Assembly: GCA_011109175.1 (NCBI GenBank)
Contig: RDEW01000025.1
Location: forward strand, 217,990-281,989
Length of the DNA: 64,000 bases
Direction of reading: 5' to 3'
Origin: Dicyema japonicum
Taxonomy: Eukaryota > Animalia > Dicyemida
Shown piece after piece: positions 37,271-50,579 of this stretch; positions within the stretch are counted from its first letter, which is position 1, and each line of letters opens with the position of its first letter. The notes beneath the pieces were generated by a model. That model saw only the letters and a program-made list of their open reading frames with translations, searched no databases and was not told the origin of the DNA. Position numbers and translations under genes: made by a program.

Positions 37271-38559
37271 ACACAATTAAAGTGAATGACATTATACGAG
37301 TAAAGTCGTTCATAGCCATCACGGCTCACAGGAAACTGATATATTGGGTTATCGACGAAGGATATGCTATTGGAGGATGCTGTTTTATCAAGAGACTGAT
37401 AGATGGAATTGAAAAAAAGGAAACCTTCTTTGACTTGTCTTGATAGCAGTGGATTGATTTCTGTATTTTGGCAAATACTGACGAGGTGCTCTTCAGTCAT
37501 TTAAGCCTCTGCCATTGAAGGTTTGATTACCGTCCAAACGTGGATTAAACACGTGGCGATTGACTTCATATGCTCAACCAATAAAGTTAACTACTTCTAT
37601 TCTTTAGCTGGCAAAATCAGCCACTATAAGCAATAATGGCTGACAAGTTTACACGAATTTAAAACTGTCGAAATTTCGTTGCGAAGACGTAACGACGAAT
37701 AATCGAATATAAACGTAACATCGCGAAATATGCAATATTAAGAGGTTCATTAATGAATGACAGGAGAAGAGAGACGAACAGACGGTCGTCAGCCAGGTAC
37801 AGAGAAAGGATGAATTCGAAGATTAGGGATCTAGAACATGTAATAGTGTCACTTATATTAGGAATGGAGGATTAAAAACGAGGAATATTGCAAAAAACTT
37901 AAGGAAGTTGTTTTTAAAAGGTTCTTGGAGGATGTTCTTGAGGGAGAGAGACGATCCCAATTGACCGTGAGAAGATCAGATCGATGTCGTACCCTGAGTT
38001 TGTGGATTACATTAGAACTATTTTTGACAATGCTTATTCATTCATGGTTTAATCATTTTTTAGTCTTCTTTCTGTGTTAATGTGGTTAAAATAGGATTAT
38101 GTGAATTTACCCCTTCGCGTTTATTATAGTCTTTGGGCATACATTATGTCGTTCAAAGGGTAGGACTTGAAGTTAAGGGGACTTGAATGACAGTAAAACC
38201 TTGTCATCATTTGAATAAAATCCATATTAATGCAAATAAAAATGAGTAATTTAATAATAATGACACGTGGTAATTGTGAGTTAGTAATTAATAAGAGGGA
38301 GATTCTCAATATTATTCTTAACTCGGTGTTCTTTAAGAGCCCAATGCAATCTCTTTATGCTTTCGTTGCAGACAGGTGCGCTTGTTTTCTTAACAAGACC
38401 ACGAGGGGGGTTGATCCAGTCACAGAACTGGGGAAATTGTGTTACGTCTCGATAGCTGTGGATTTCAAATCTTAGGTTTATTTTTGTTATATCCGTCGAT
38501 ATGGTTTTACGAAGATAATTATTGATGGAGTCGATAGACTCTAGTGAGTGTTTTGTGAT

Positions 38560-38920
38560 GCAATTTTTTCTAATTCAATTTTGAAACCATCAAAGCTGAA
38601 CGGACATTTTAAATCTATCCACGCGGGGTGGGGAGGAAAAACGTTCAGAAAATGTTCTTGAATGTTTAAAGGCTAAAAGGTGACGATACGATATCCAAGG
38701 AAGCTTTCGAAGCTTGATTTACCTGCATTGACAAACCGTTACTTTTGGCGTCATTCAAAGTAGCATATGAAGTTGCGAAGTCAAAGGGTTCCGACCCTTG
38801 CAAAAACACTGCAAGTTCTGGTTCCATTTGCAACAACTTGGCTATATGAATCTGGACTTTCGTCTCTACTATATATAAAAAATAAGTACCGAAACGCTCT
38901 TAACCCTGAAAATTTACAAA
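38560..38920 (+). mobile_element. Internally deleted hAT (Buster/ZBED5-8-like) transposase relic
   Basis: LKPSKLNGHFKSIH..LLASFKVAYEVAKSK joined directly to TLQVLVPFATTWLYESGLSSLLYIKNKYRNALNPE. Confidence 0.8.
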
Positions 38921-39299
38921 AAACAACGTTTCAAAGAATTAATTAAAACTCAAAGGCAGAGAAAGTCTCAAGGAACTTGAATAATTTTTTTGAATCAAAT
39001 TCGAATTCTGTTAGATTTAAAATCGGCGGTGTGAGGTTGGTTTTTAAATTTTTGGGGTGTGTACTTAAAACGAATAGGGAAGTGCTGTCCTACATCTTTT
39101 AACCAAATACGGAAGACGCATTGGCCAAACAAGGAATTAAAGTGCTCCGTCTAAAGAGAACTATTCGTTCGAAGTTAATTGAAGGTGGAACTCGCGCAAC
39201 CATCGAGGAACTTTCTTAAAGTATACCACGAAACCCAACACTCGACGACTACATTAATTTGTTTGAGCCAGAATCCGTTGCTGCCTCACAACCTACGCC

Positions 39300-40020
39300 C
39301 AGTCGGTCTTCCAGCCGGTCTAAATTACTCCGAAGTTGCCCCCACGTTCTGTTTCCACCAACTTGATAGCCTTCGACAAGAAGGGAGGCGAAGTACGACG
39401 GGTTGCAGTAAGGGTTTGTCTTCGTGATGCTGGCTGAAAAGATTGCCTCCCGATATTCTATCTACCTGGCTAAACAATTCTTGAACCCACTTTCAAGTAT
39501 GAGTCGAAGTTCGTCTAGGATGCGAGGTTGCTGTTCACTCCGTTAGAACATTCCTAAAATGCAGTATGGAAGATTCCCAGGATATGTTTAAACAGTTTTA
39601 GGAAAGATAATATTCGGGAGTCGGAAAGATGCCTAATATTTTTGAAATTGTGAAGTAGTTCTATATTTTACTTTCATCCTTATTCTTTGGGGACTACCTA
39701 ATCCCTTCGTCTACCGGAGTGCAACAAGGAGATCCCCTTGGCCCTCTGTTGTTCTGTTTTTCAATCGAATAATCACCAAATTTCCTCATTCGTTTTCAAC
39801 CTGTGTTATCTGAATGATGCGGTTCTCAGAGAACTTCCAGATTATGTCTTCCAGGATTTGGGGGTGATAATAGAAGGTGGTCTGGAATTAAATTATAATA
39901 AGTACGAAATCTACAATTGTGGACTTTCAAAAGAAAAGTATCCAAATTGTGTTATCTTTGTTAAGAGGAAACCCTTTTCTCTAAAGGAAGTCATCGATTG
40001 CTTCAAATTCCACTTACTTG
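39300..40020 (+). mobile_element. CRE-like RT relic
   Basis: LIAFDKKGGEVR, TGVQQGDPLGPLLF, NLCYLNDAVL..VFQDLGVIIEGGLELN. Confidence 0.75.
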
Positions 40021-40449
40021 GAAGTTACGAACTTAAACCATTTGAAAACAAGCAGAGGATCAAACCTGGTCCATTTTGTCATTATTTGACAGGAATAACT
40101 CCTCTCATTACAACCGTATAGGGGATCAACTGTAATCCAACATGCCAAAACAACTAATAAAAAAAAGAGTGAATTAATTCTACAAATCCTTTAATACAAG
40201 ACAAAGAGAGGTAAATTGATTATAGCGATCTATGTGAGGCAAAAATAGCGGTCCTTAACGATTTGAACAACATCTCCCCTTCCCTCGCTGAACTAGAACC
40301 ACCTTCAAACTACAGAAGAGACACAGCTATGTTGATCTGACTATGCTGATAAGGAGATTCTTGATCGTAAAGAACATGATAAATAAGTGCATTGAGTTCA
40401 TCCATGGATCAAGACAGTAACGAAAACAACTAGAAAAGGGAATTTAGTT

Positions 40450-41400
40450 AAATTGACAATAATATTGAAGAAAACTACCTCATCTTTTCTGGGAGGACGT
40501 GGGACTGATAATATTGGTTATCACTGATTACCACAATTAGAACCCAAGGAGGAGTAAAATGTGCAGTTTATGCTGCTCAAGGTATTATCGGTAAATAATC
40601 AGAACGACCACCACGAAATACAAAATAATGATTTCCTTCCTCAAGCAAAGTCGAAGACTTTTTCTCGATTGATCTCCACTTTACGACTCCGAGGATTCTC
40701 ATGAAACATCGAATTAATGCATAAACGATAAATTTAGAGACAATTTACGGTTGATTGGAGAGATTATCACTCACAAACTGGAGTTGTCCCTGATTTCTTA
40801 CGATAATCCCAAATATTGGAATATATTCTTCAGAACGTATTTTGTGTACAACGAGGTGACATTTTATCTTATATTTGTGGGATAGAGCATTGAATTCAAC
40901 TGCGAGGCAAAGGTTTCTTGTTTTGGAACATTACAGATGGGATTTACCAGAGTAGTGGCCCTCCCCAATATTTGATATGATTGTTACTCCAACAAGTGGG
41001 ATGATCAAACCCAACGAGATAACATAGCTATGTATCTAAGTTTAATTCAGGAACTATACACTAATTTGACTGAACTAGTGAGATCACTCCAATCATCTCC
41101 CAACATTGAAGTTCGAACAAGTGAAACCTCCTGTCAGACCTTTCTCAAAATCAAACCAGTATAGTCTCATCAATGGACTTTAGGATATGTTAAAATTTGA
41201 TAGAGTTTACATGGGCTCTTCACTCGCTCTTCCATGAACTATTGATAGTAAGGTATTAGGGGATATTATCTCAGTCACAAAATGAAACAAAAGTAGAGTT
41301 TCATGTGTCGAACTACAGAGGTTTTAGTTTAGTAACAAGTCAATAGAATGAAAGACGTTATTGGTTATATTTTACTTTGTAGAGCTGAGACTGGACAAAG
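40450..41400 (+). mobile_element. Possible Ty3/gypsy RT relic
   Basis: Only patchy motif similarity (LRGKGF..TDG, LGYIL). Confidence 0.3.
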
Positions 41401-43194
41401 TCGACGATATACTGTCTTTAGTCAGTCTGACGAAAGAATCGAGTTGTCCACAGTATTCCACCATCTGAGGTTAATGAGTTTGTTAGTCTTAGATCGCCAC
41501 CTATGACTTTGATGTTTCAATCTCAATAAATGGTTAGTTTTTTTATTAATCCGTTTTTTTATTTAAAAAAATAAAAAATAAATAAATGGAGTGTTCATTA
41601 AACCACGTAGTCGACAGTCTATCAGATATTCAGTGTCCGATAATTTCCGTTGATGTCCCCGTCTCTCAACATAACTTCCCCGTTTATAGCAGGGACTGTC
41701 CTGAAGCAATCACTTTTAATTTCCAGTAGTAATGTGGAGTTTGTCAACACATGCAAGCAACTCACCGATTCTAAGATGACTCCAACAGGGAAAGCAGTGA
41801 GTTTGTTAGACAGCCGATCTTCCATATCAACAAAACTAAAGGCACTTTAGAATTTAACTGAAAGTCCAAGTTTGGCTTATTTTCATCAGATGATGTTGTT
41901 TCCTCAAATTCTATATTTTCAGAGAGTATTCAGACGGAGTAGACTTTGGAGTTGAAGAGTCAACTAAATTTTTATCTTTGATGTGATCATTATTGGCAGA
42001 CCCAGCAGAAGCTTCAATTCCCGAGTTGACGTGTATATTAGAATATCAATTAACCCCTGCGAACTGATCATTCCACCATTCCCTATCCCTTAAGTATTCC
42101 ACCAAAGTCTCACTTTTCGTTACGAATTATAGAAAGTATTACTTTAATGAGTTTTAGAAACTCAACCTCAAAGTTAAACTGCCAGAGTTGGGGGATCAAA
42201 CTCACTTTAGAGTCAAATTTAAACATGATGATGGTAAATGAATGTTTGGTCATTGTAGTTCTTAAAAAAGTCTCATTCTCCACAGAAAATAAAGTGCATT
42301 GTATACTTCAAAAGCCAAGTGCCTATTTTGTTATTTGATAAAATACTGTTTGTTGATGACATGAACAATTGGTTTGTTGTTATTGTGTATGGTAGCTTTC
42401 CACTTTGGGTTGTTGCCTCGACTGATGAACCCTGTTTTCCTGCTATTCCTTCCTTGGAGACACCTGTCAGGTGGTACAAATGGAAATCCATCTGTAAATG
42501 TATTACTTATTCTTAGTTGTGGAAGTCAAGTCACGAATCTTCTAATGTTCACAAAACGGCGACATTTGGTCAAATCTGATACAAACAGTAATGCCACCAC
42601 AGTCTTTCAGTTCTCTCTTTGAACACCCTATGAGAACTCACTACTCTGAACAGTAATCCCTATAGATTGATGGTAGATATTAGCGATAGTTTGATTGCTG
42701 AGAGGGAGTACATGGATGTGGCCTCAGACGAGACTGATAAACCCGTCGTAAGTGACTATCTCCACGAATTGATTTGTTTTCCAATATTATGCAAAAATAA
42801 CTTTTACTACTACACGTGTGTGCTGAATGTTGTTCAAACGTGGTTTTCCTATTATTCCAGCCCTAAATGGATACGTTTTCTTCAAAATCCCCGAATCCAT
42901 ACAAAAGTGATCCGTGCATAGTAGTACATTCTAATTCCAATGACAATCGTCAAAATCTGCGAATTACAACTCTTCAATTTAGAAGTGATCCATCATATAT
43001 GCAGGAAGATCTGTACAAGGAATTCTATCAGACTATACTCTCCTCAATGACCCAAAGAGAGAGTCAGCATGATATTGGATATATCAAACATTAATCAACT
43101 TTATAAGTAGTTTCCGTTATATTTGGCAGAGACCTATGAGAATAACATTTTTTTTAATAATCATTACTTTGTTTAAACAATCGTATAAATTACC

Positions 43195-43465
43195 AGGTCA
43201 CAGCAAATTTCGCAATGGACAACTACTTCGCGCACACAGGAGCCGGATACCGCGGAAGGCCAGGAACGACACTTTCGACTATCTCGAATGAAAAGCTATC
43301 GGCGGTTGGTATGAGACTAACTTCGGCAGACGACCTGGACTACCTAAGTGAACTGGACCGCAACAGAGGAATCATGTCGTAGTTGACTGAGAGATGATTA
43401 GGAATACGGACAAGGAAAACTTAACTAATTTTGTTTTCTGGAGTGCTTTTTAATAATAATAAATA
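43195..43465 (+). mobile_element. RTE-like 3' relic with (TAA)n tail
   Basis: Close nucleotide match to 16650-16903; ends gagtgctttttaataataataa. Confidence 0.85.
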
Positions 43466-44859
43466 ATCATCAGCCTTTCCTTCAATCGAGTCATTATAAA
43501 TGAATCGATTATAATATAATCCCAGTTTTTCTGAAATAAACAATTTGTTGCATTGGAGTCTCCCACAAATCAACACTATTTTCTTTAGTTCAGTGAATCA
43601 ATCTTCCACAACCAGTAACACTCATCAAGATAAATAGAGCCTGAAATAATCCACTTTTTTATTTCCATCTTTTTTCCAAATTGTGTTCATGAATAAACCA
43701 GAGGAACTAAATGATGTTGTGAGTCCTTTTATAATAACTAAACAAAATAAAATGGTAATAATACTGCACTTTACAAAAATCCACATTAGCTATAGTTCCT
43801 CTCAGTCAAGACATACAGTTTATTTGAGTAAAGAACGTTGAATGCTAAGAATTATTCTTCACTTCTGTTTTCTTTTTGTTGGGTGAGTCCTTTTGTAGAC
43901 GATCCGGTTCCACAGTGATAAATACACTGATGATAGCGTCACTCGTCAAGCCGTGTAACCTTCAGTAGGAAAGCACAGCAGCGGGATTCAAACATGAGGC
44001 CATCAGACATCATTACACTGCACAACTCGGTTAATACTAAGAATGATTAATTTTCTAGAAATTATAATAATCATATCACTAAAGAAAACTCATTTAATGA
44101 ACCATCCACGTCTTTTGATATGCAATATGTCACGAGCCAAGTTAACAATATTTTGAACTTTGACAAAATTGTTGGACAGTTTGCTACGAGTGACAGGATC
44201 TTTGGAGGGATGGTCAAACTTTTGTAGGCGAGAGAAGGATTAGTCCCATAATCTTTCTATATACGAACCTTTAAGTGATTATAAATTGAATACAATATCT
44301 CCAATGTTTTATTCATATTTTGATCGATGCCCTCCCATTTTCCTATTCCTTCTTTTATAATAAAAAGTATTCAAATCAATAATCGGAAAATAAAATTTGA
44401 ACTCATCTTTTGTAAAATAAAAGACAAAAAACTTTACTAAATGTTTCAGGTTGTCTTGACCGTCTGACTACGTTACTTCATTTCCTCGTATATAGTCTGT
44501 CTTGTTTCCTTCAAGAATTTTATTCAGACTTAGGGAGTTTTCCAAATACCTTTAATAAATTTGTAGAACTCGTTATGTTGATAAAGAAACTTTACTAAGT
44601 TTTCCTGATCCACACATCAACACTGTTTTGATTATTATATTAAAAAGCACTTTCACAGAACCAAGGAACAGTATAATAACTAAGGTCCCGTTTGTGCCAC
44701 ATGTTTCAAAATTTGTTTCACTCTCCATCGGCCTCTGCTTTGAGCATCTGTTCGTAAATTTCACACACGAGGTTTGGATTGATATTTAAATATTATTTTT
44801 TATTTTCGTACGCAACACGATTTATTTAACAATAAAATATTATTTATTACAATAACAGG

Positions 44860-47270
44860 GAAAGCGGCTGCTGACATTACGTAGTAAGCGTTTCCGCGGA
44901 CCGTTTCCCGCACGTCTTTCCCCACGATTTCCTTCAGGAAAGAGGCTGTGATACTTCCCGCAGTACCAGACGTTTCAATTGCCACCGGTGCAAAACGAAA
45001 GGGATTTACAATTTCGCCATATTTTTTAATCTTGATTTTCTCTACCAGATCGGCTGCCAATCCAGCAGACTGCGCGAGCTGAGCATCATAAACTTTGAAA
45101 AAGAATCTACAACAGTGCAGTCCCATACGGGCGATTTCCCTCGGTGAACGGAAAGATTTTTAACCCATCCGATCTTTTCCCGCATCCGCGGTCCAACCCC
45201 ACAGGCTCCAGCACTGCCGGGAACCTGAAGCCCTTTGGCATCGACGATCCCTCCACAACGACATTGGTGTTCGACGCATACATCAACTCCCAGGCGCTGT
45301 ACGATCCCAATCCGAATACAGTCATGGTCCAAAAGGGTACCCAGGGAGTAACAAAGGAGTGCATTTAGCCATGCTCCGCTCCCATGGTTGGCGGCGGACA
45401 TGAGGCATCCAAGACGATGCTGGTCGGCCTCAGACTTTAGCACATCGAAGATATTCTTGGAGTAGATCTCATCCCATTTTCGTTACCTCGAAAGATCGTT
45501 CGGTGTATCCAAACCAGTTTCACACCATTCGCGACGAGCTTCGTCGAAGACTTTTTCCCAAGAAAGTCCGGTTGGAAAACGTAGGATATCTTGGACCAAA
45601 AAGATATCTTGGACCGCTTGAGAGCGATGACATATATGCTGGAAAGGCGATCTCCAACGCTGAATTGAGACCCTTGCCTCCGAGGCGTGTAGGAAGCTTG
45701 CATTGATTCCAACTCGGCACGTCAAAGTGGATGTTTAGAAACAATTCGACTGATTTTCTCAATGTCCTATCCAGTGAAAGGAGGATGTCACGATGTTTGA
45801 AGCAGGAAGAACAACTGAGAGTGTATAGAAGTTTGGGTAAGCCGATGCTATTCTTCAAAAGGAAGAACGCTGTATGAGCATTGAGTAAGGAGAGTTTCTC
45901 CGTAACTCTAGAGAGTTCATCTTCCTTTGTTAGTAGATGGCTCCGCAGTTCCTTTTCGTCAAGTGGACACCCTAGAAAGTATGTCCGCTTCCTGGGTACA
46001 ACAGTAATTCCAGGTAGTACCAAGAAAAAAGACTCGACCACGTTGATAAAATCACTCTCTGAGTATGTGATATTTATTAGCTTCGATTTCTTTATATTTA
46101 TCTCAATTCCGCGGTTTCGTAGTGCCGACACGGCCTGTGACAGAACGTCAAGAACTTATTTTCACGGCCCTTCAATCGTGGCGTCATCAAGATACCAGAG
46201 GTTTAGTTCTGTGTTGATAGAGCGGACAATTTTATCGATGGCCAGAGCGAAGAGAAGTGGACCAAGTGGGTCCCCTTGTTGGACTCTAGTCTCCGAACAA
46301 ATAATCTTGTTCCCGAAAACCAGTGAAGAGTTGGTTCCGTATGCGAGGTAGACGAGTGGAATAAGTTCCGGGGCTCGTTTGCCTGTAGTTTCGAAATTTG
46401 ATCCCTCCGGAGTGAATTGAAGGCGTTGCATAATGTCAGGTTGACCCCAATTTGTGGGTTTTGTTAGTCTTTCTGTCCAAGAAAACACCTCGCACCATGC
46501 GCATCCGTTCCTTGCACCGATCCCCAGTTGGAGGGTGAAAATTTTTCAGATATTCTCTGACAGACAAAACTGCATGCGATTTTCATTGTCAGTCTTCTGA
46601 AATAGTTGCTGACCTCGATGGGCGGACCCCGCCTTTGAGTTTTTTGAAGGCCAGTAGATGTGCACTGAAAAGAAGCTCCCTTGCGTGAGGAGGAATATCT
46701 CCGTTCAAAATACGCATAACGAGTTTTGCAATTGATTTGACAAGGTTGCAGTCAGCTTCTGCGGTATCCCCCGCCGTAAAATCCTTGATGTGACTTGGCC
46801 GCAAGCCATCGAAACTTCCACTGCCACTCGCCGCAAACGACGAAATGCAGCGTCGCACTTCGCCTTCAGTGACGATCGTCCTTGGCACATTATCCGGAAG
46901 CACGAAGAAGCGGTAGTCTGCCATGAGACATGGATTTATCGTCCAGTAGTTCAAGCACTTCAAGCGTCGCGGTCATAACAGTATCGTCGCTGGCAACGAC
47001 ACGCAACGCCGCTCAGATGTCGCCTTCAAATAGTTTACGATTTACTCTCTCCAGTTTGTCTAGGTCATTCGAAGAAACCGTAGGATTTGCATATGGATGT
47101 TTTAGTTTCAGGACTTCCGTTTTGGTAGAGAATGCTTATGGAAAACCTAAATGTTCTGCATTTTTTAGGAAAGGGAGTTCCCAAGTGTCGTACTTTATCC
47201 TGTGTTCCGCTTATCTTTTTTTGAGTCGATAAATGGAATTCCAAGTGCCATCGGGGCGAAACTGAGGAGA
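44860..47270 (-). mobile_element. Best-preserved CRE-like non-LTR retrotransposon, multiply frameshifted
   Basis: FEGDI*AALRVVASDD, SGSFDGLRPSHIKD, RVQQGDPLGPLLF, LWYLDDAT, AHTAFFLLKNSIGLPKLLY, GSGAWLNAL, WDCTVVD, FRFAPVAIETSG, VRGNA in order. Confidence 0.92.
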
Positions 47271-48724
47271 ATAGATAATAAATATATAAAAATCAAAATT
47301 AAAAAAATAAGGGATCAAGGAGTTAGTTAGTTTGTTGATCTTTGGAATAAGTTTTATTAAAAAATGTTTAGTGTGTCGTTTCTAACGTAGTGGTAAATAA
47401 ATAATGGCAAATCTCCATTATGGACTCCTAAAATTTAGCACTCAGAATAAAGATTATTGTTATATGCATGCAATCCAAACTACAGCTTTTGTTCTTCTTG
47501 GATGTAAATTTGATTTCGCAAAGTTACCCAAAAATTTTGTATCACATAAAATTTAAACTCAATTGTTCATTCCATCCATCTACCTACTGTATAAACACAA
47601 GCAGAGATGCTTCCTCGTTAGCTTGGTTTCTCGATGAACACAAGATGGAAATAGCAAGGGCGATAAAGGGAACCGGGATCGCATAACTAGAACGGTCACT
47701 GTTACCATTTTTCTTGGTGTTTCATGGGTGTATTTAAATAAAATATAAACAGGGTACATCTGTTACAAGGAGAACACCTCAATTTGCCTCATGGATGTTC
47801 GTTGTTTCATATTAGAGATATAAATTGTACGTGTAAACCCAAAAGGATCTTCGTGTTCCAGGGTTTTTATGATGTTTCTGAGATTCATGTCGGAGTAATG
47901 AGAGTCACTGTTATCCTTTCGCATAATAAGTTGAACTAGGGAGATTACTTTCGAGCAAAATATTGGGGATCTATACCCCTGTTTTTAACCTGTAATACTT
48001 AGGAAACATTAGATATGCAATACAGATGTCTATTTAGTTCAATATCTTCCGTGTTTTTAAAGTTCTGCATGACTTTATCCACGTTTTCGGCCAAACCAGG
48101 ATTTGAGGAGTTTCAACGTCGGGTTAATTGTCTATAGCTTTAACTAATTCCTTGATTATAATACTAATAGAGCATAACCGTAAAGGAGCATTGGTTCTTA
48201 ATCATTAGAGTACCCAATTTTTGTCTCCACCAGAAGACAGGACACATGGGTCATAATATGTTAGAATACAATGTTTCAATATCTTCAAGTCTAACAAATT
48301 GTCAATTCTACCTCCGTAAACGACAACTAATTTTCTGTGAATAAACTCACACAGAACATTACCAGAATCTGAAAATGTAAAAAACAGCGACCCTAAGCAA
48401 AACAGGTCGTTCGTTCAACAACATCACAGCTAATTTTAAAGTCAGAATATAAGAATTCGCAGAATGTGTCCCATCCCTAAGGAATAAATCTCTGTCTTTC
48501 TCGGAGAACAGTGTGCAAGGTTATCAAGGCTAAAATGGCAAACGAACGAGGGGGTTTTATGTGTGAGATATAACCACGTGGAAAAGAGCTGATACACAGC
48601 ACCGTGTTATTCCTCATTCCTGGCGGAACCTACGAAAATCATCACGTGGACCTCATAAGTATTTTTGAGTCACAACTGCAGTAAGGAACTAAGAAGTTAT
48701 AAATTTGTTCCATGGCCATAAAAA

Positions 48725-50165
48725 GACTCTACCCGCTGATTCTCCTGGGCCGTTACCCCGGATATGGTTTCGCTAGAGTGCTGATTAGGACAGTGGGAAT
48801 CTCGTCCATCCATTCATGCGCGTCATCAATTAAATTAAGAGTATTTGGCTACCTTAAGAGACTCATAGTTACTCCTGCCATTTACTCGTGCTTAAGTGAA
48901 TCTCTTCACACTGACATTCAGGGCACTGGGGAAATCACACGCGTCATAACCGTCAACGGCTATCGAGTTTACTTTGGTTGTTTAATGCCTTACCCTCTAT
49001 ATCAAGCAACATCAAGCTATCACAACAGAAATAGAGAATATAGGCTCAACCTATAGAGCCATTCCTTCTACAAGGTAAAGATCTATTTTGCCGACTTCCC
49101 TTATCAGCGTTTATCTATTCACCAGAGCCGCTAACTTGGAGACCTGTGCGGTTATTGGTACGACCCAAGTGACTTTAAACTGTTACAGGAGTTTATGAAA
49201 CGACTCACATGCATCGGACACGGCAGAAACTTTTATCCTTTGCGGATAAGGTCTCTATGACCAACAACTTCTCTCTAGCTTGCTAAACCATTTCTAGAGA
49301 AATCGACCCTTTAAAGGAAAAAACAACTTTCCCCGAATGCCTTCCGTCTTTGACAAAAGCGTCACGCATAAACAGCCAGCTCAGGTTCGGGGATATTAAC
49401 CCATTTCCTTTCGCACTTTGGCTTAAACAGCTATTTCAAATGACTTTCAACGTGCTTTGGACACTAACTATGTCCAACTAATGTTCACATAAAACCCTTC
49501 TCTACATAGGCCTCAAAGATCCCATTTGAGTAATTGCTACTAACACCAAGATCTGTACTGGAGCAACTCCACAGTACTCACATGGCTTTCTGCGCTACCT
49601 CCACGCTCTAGCAAGTAACACTTATATTGCCACAACGGCCCGGTATAGATCAGACGCTACAGCGCCATCCATTTTCAAGGCCTGTTAATTTGACTGGTTA
49701 GTTATTACACACTCTTTAGACGCTTCCAACTACTAAGGCCACTTTCCTGTTGTCATAATCAACTGACACTTTTTATGGTATCATGTGTGCGTATAATTAA
49801 GCAACTTAACCAGGCGTTTAATTCATCCCACAACGCAGTCATGATTATTATAATTGGCCCACTTGGTACCCTTATTTTACGTATGACTACACTCAGGTTA
49901 GTCACACTTTTCACACGTTTAGTGTTTGAGAATAGTTTCACCCGCATAAGCACAAATCCTCTAATCATTTGCTTTAACATATGAAACTAGTCTCGAGCGC
50001 CGGCTATCCTAAGAGAAATGTCGGAGAGAAACAGCTAGAATTTCGCCACTGACCCATCTTCGACAATCGATTTGGACGTCAGAATTGCGATAGACTTTCA
50101 CCAGTATTTCCATTGACTTTATCTTAACCAGGTATTGCTAGAAATTTTTCGTGTTTTAACGCACC
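48725..50165 (-). rRNA. Partial, degenerate 28S (LSU) rRNA fragment, probably a pseudogene
   Basis: Reverse-complement LSU landmarks: ggacagtgggaatctcgt, ttggctaccttaagaga, gacattcagggcactgg, tgccgacttcccttat, ttgctactaacaccaagatctg, cagcgccatccattttcaagg, ggctatcctaagagaaa. No 5' D1-D2 region or 3' peptidyl-transferase region; some conserved blocks are deleted. Confidence 0.92.
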
Positions 50166-50257
50166 TGAAACAAGAATACCACTGGGGGTGAACAATGAAC
50201 GCATTCTGTGCTACCTGGGGGTCGACTATGGACACGTAGGAGAGGAAGAATTCATAA

Positions 50258-50373
50258 NNNNNNNNNNNNNNNNNNNNNNNNNNNNNNNNNNNNNNNNNNN
50301 NNNNNNNNNNNNNNNNNNNNNNNNNNNNNNNNNNNNNNNNNNNNNNNNNNNNNNNNNNNNNNNNNNNNNNNNN
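50258..50373. other. Scaffold gap (116 N)
   Basis: Run of n. Confidence 1.
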
Positions 50374-50579
50374 GAATTTTCTAAAACACCTTGTAATGTT
50401 GCAATCATTTCGATTGCGTCAATTTTTAATTTATCTTCGAGCATGGACGTCATCCCATGCAAATGGAAAAACTTATAATACCAATCCTTAAACCAAAAAA
50501 CCGAAAACCTTACCTTCTTCCTACTGTCCAATTTCATTAACGTGCGCATTATCGCGCATAATGGAGAATTCGTACTCTA

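Noticed and set aside
44140-44240. Tyrosine-kinase-like glycine loop (NFDKIVGQFATSDRIFGG)
   Set aside because: No GxGxxG, VAIK, HRD or DFG motifs found
48845-48870. R2/R4 insertion into the 28S target site
   Set aside because: The TTAAGGTAGCCAA site is uninterrupted, and the R4-like element lies ~36 kb away with no rDNA flanks
48712-49984. ORFs at 48712-49056, 49759-49980 and 49775-49984
   Set aside because: They lie within the rRNA fragment and are spurious
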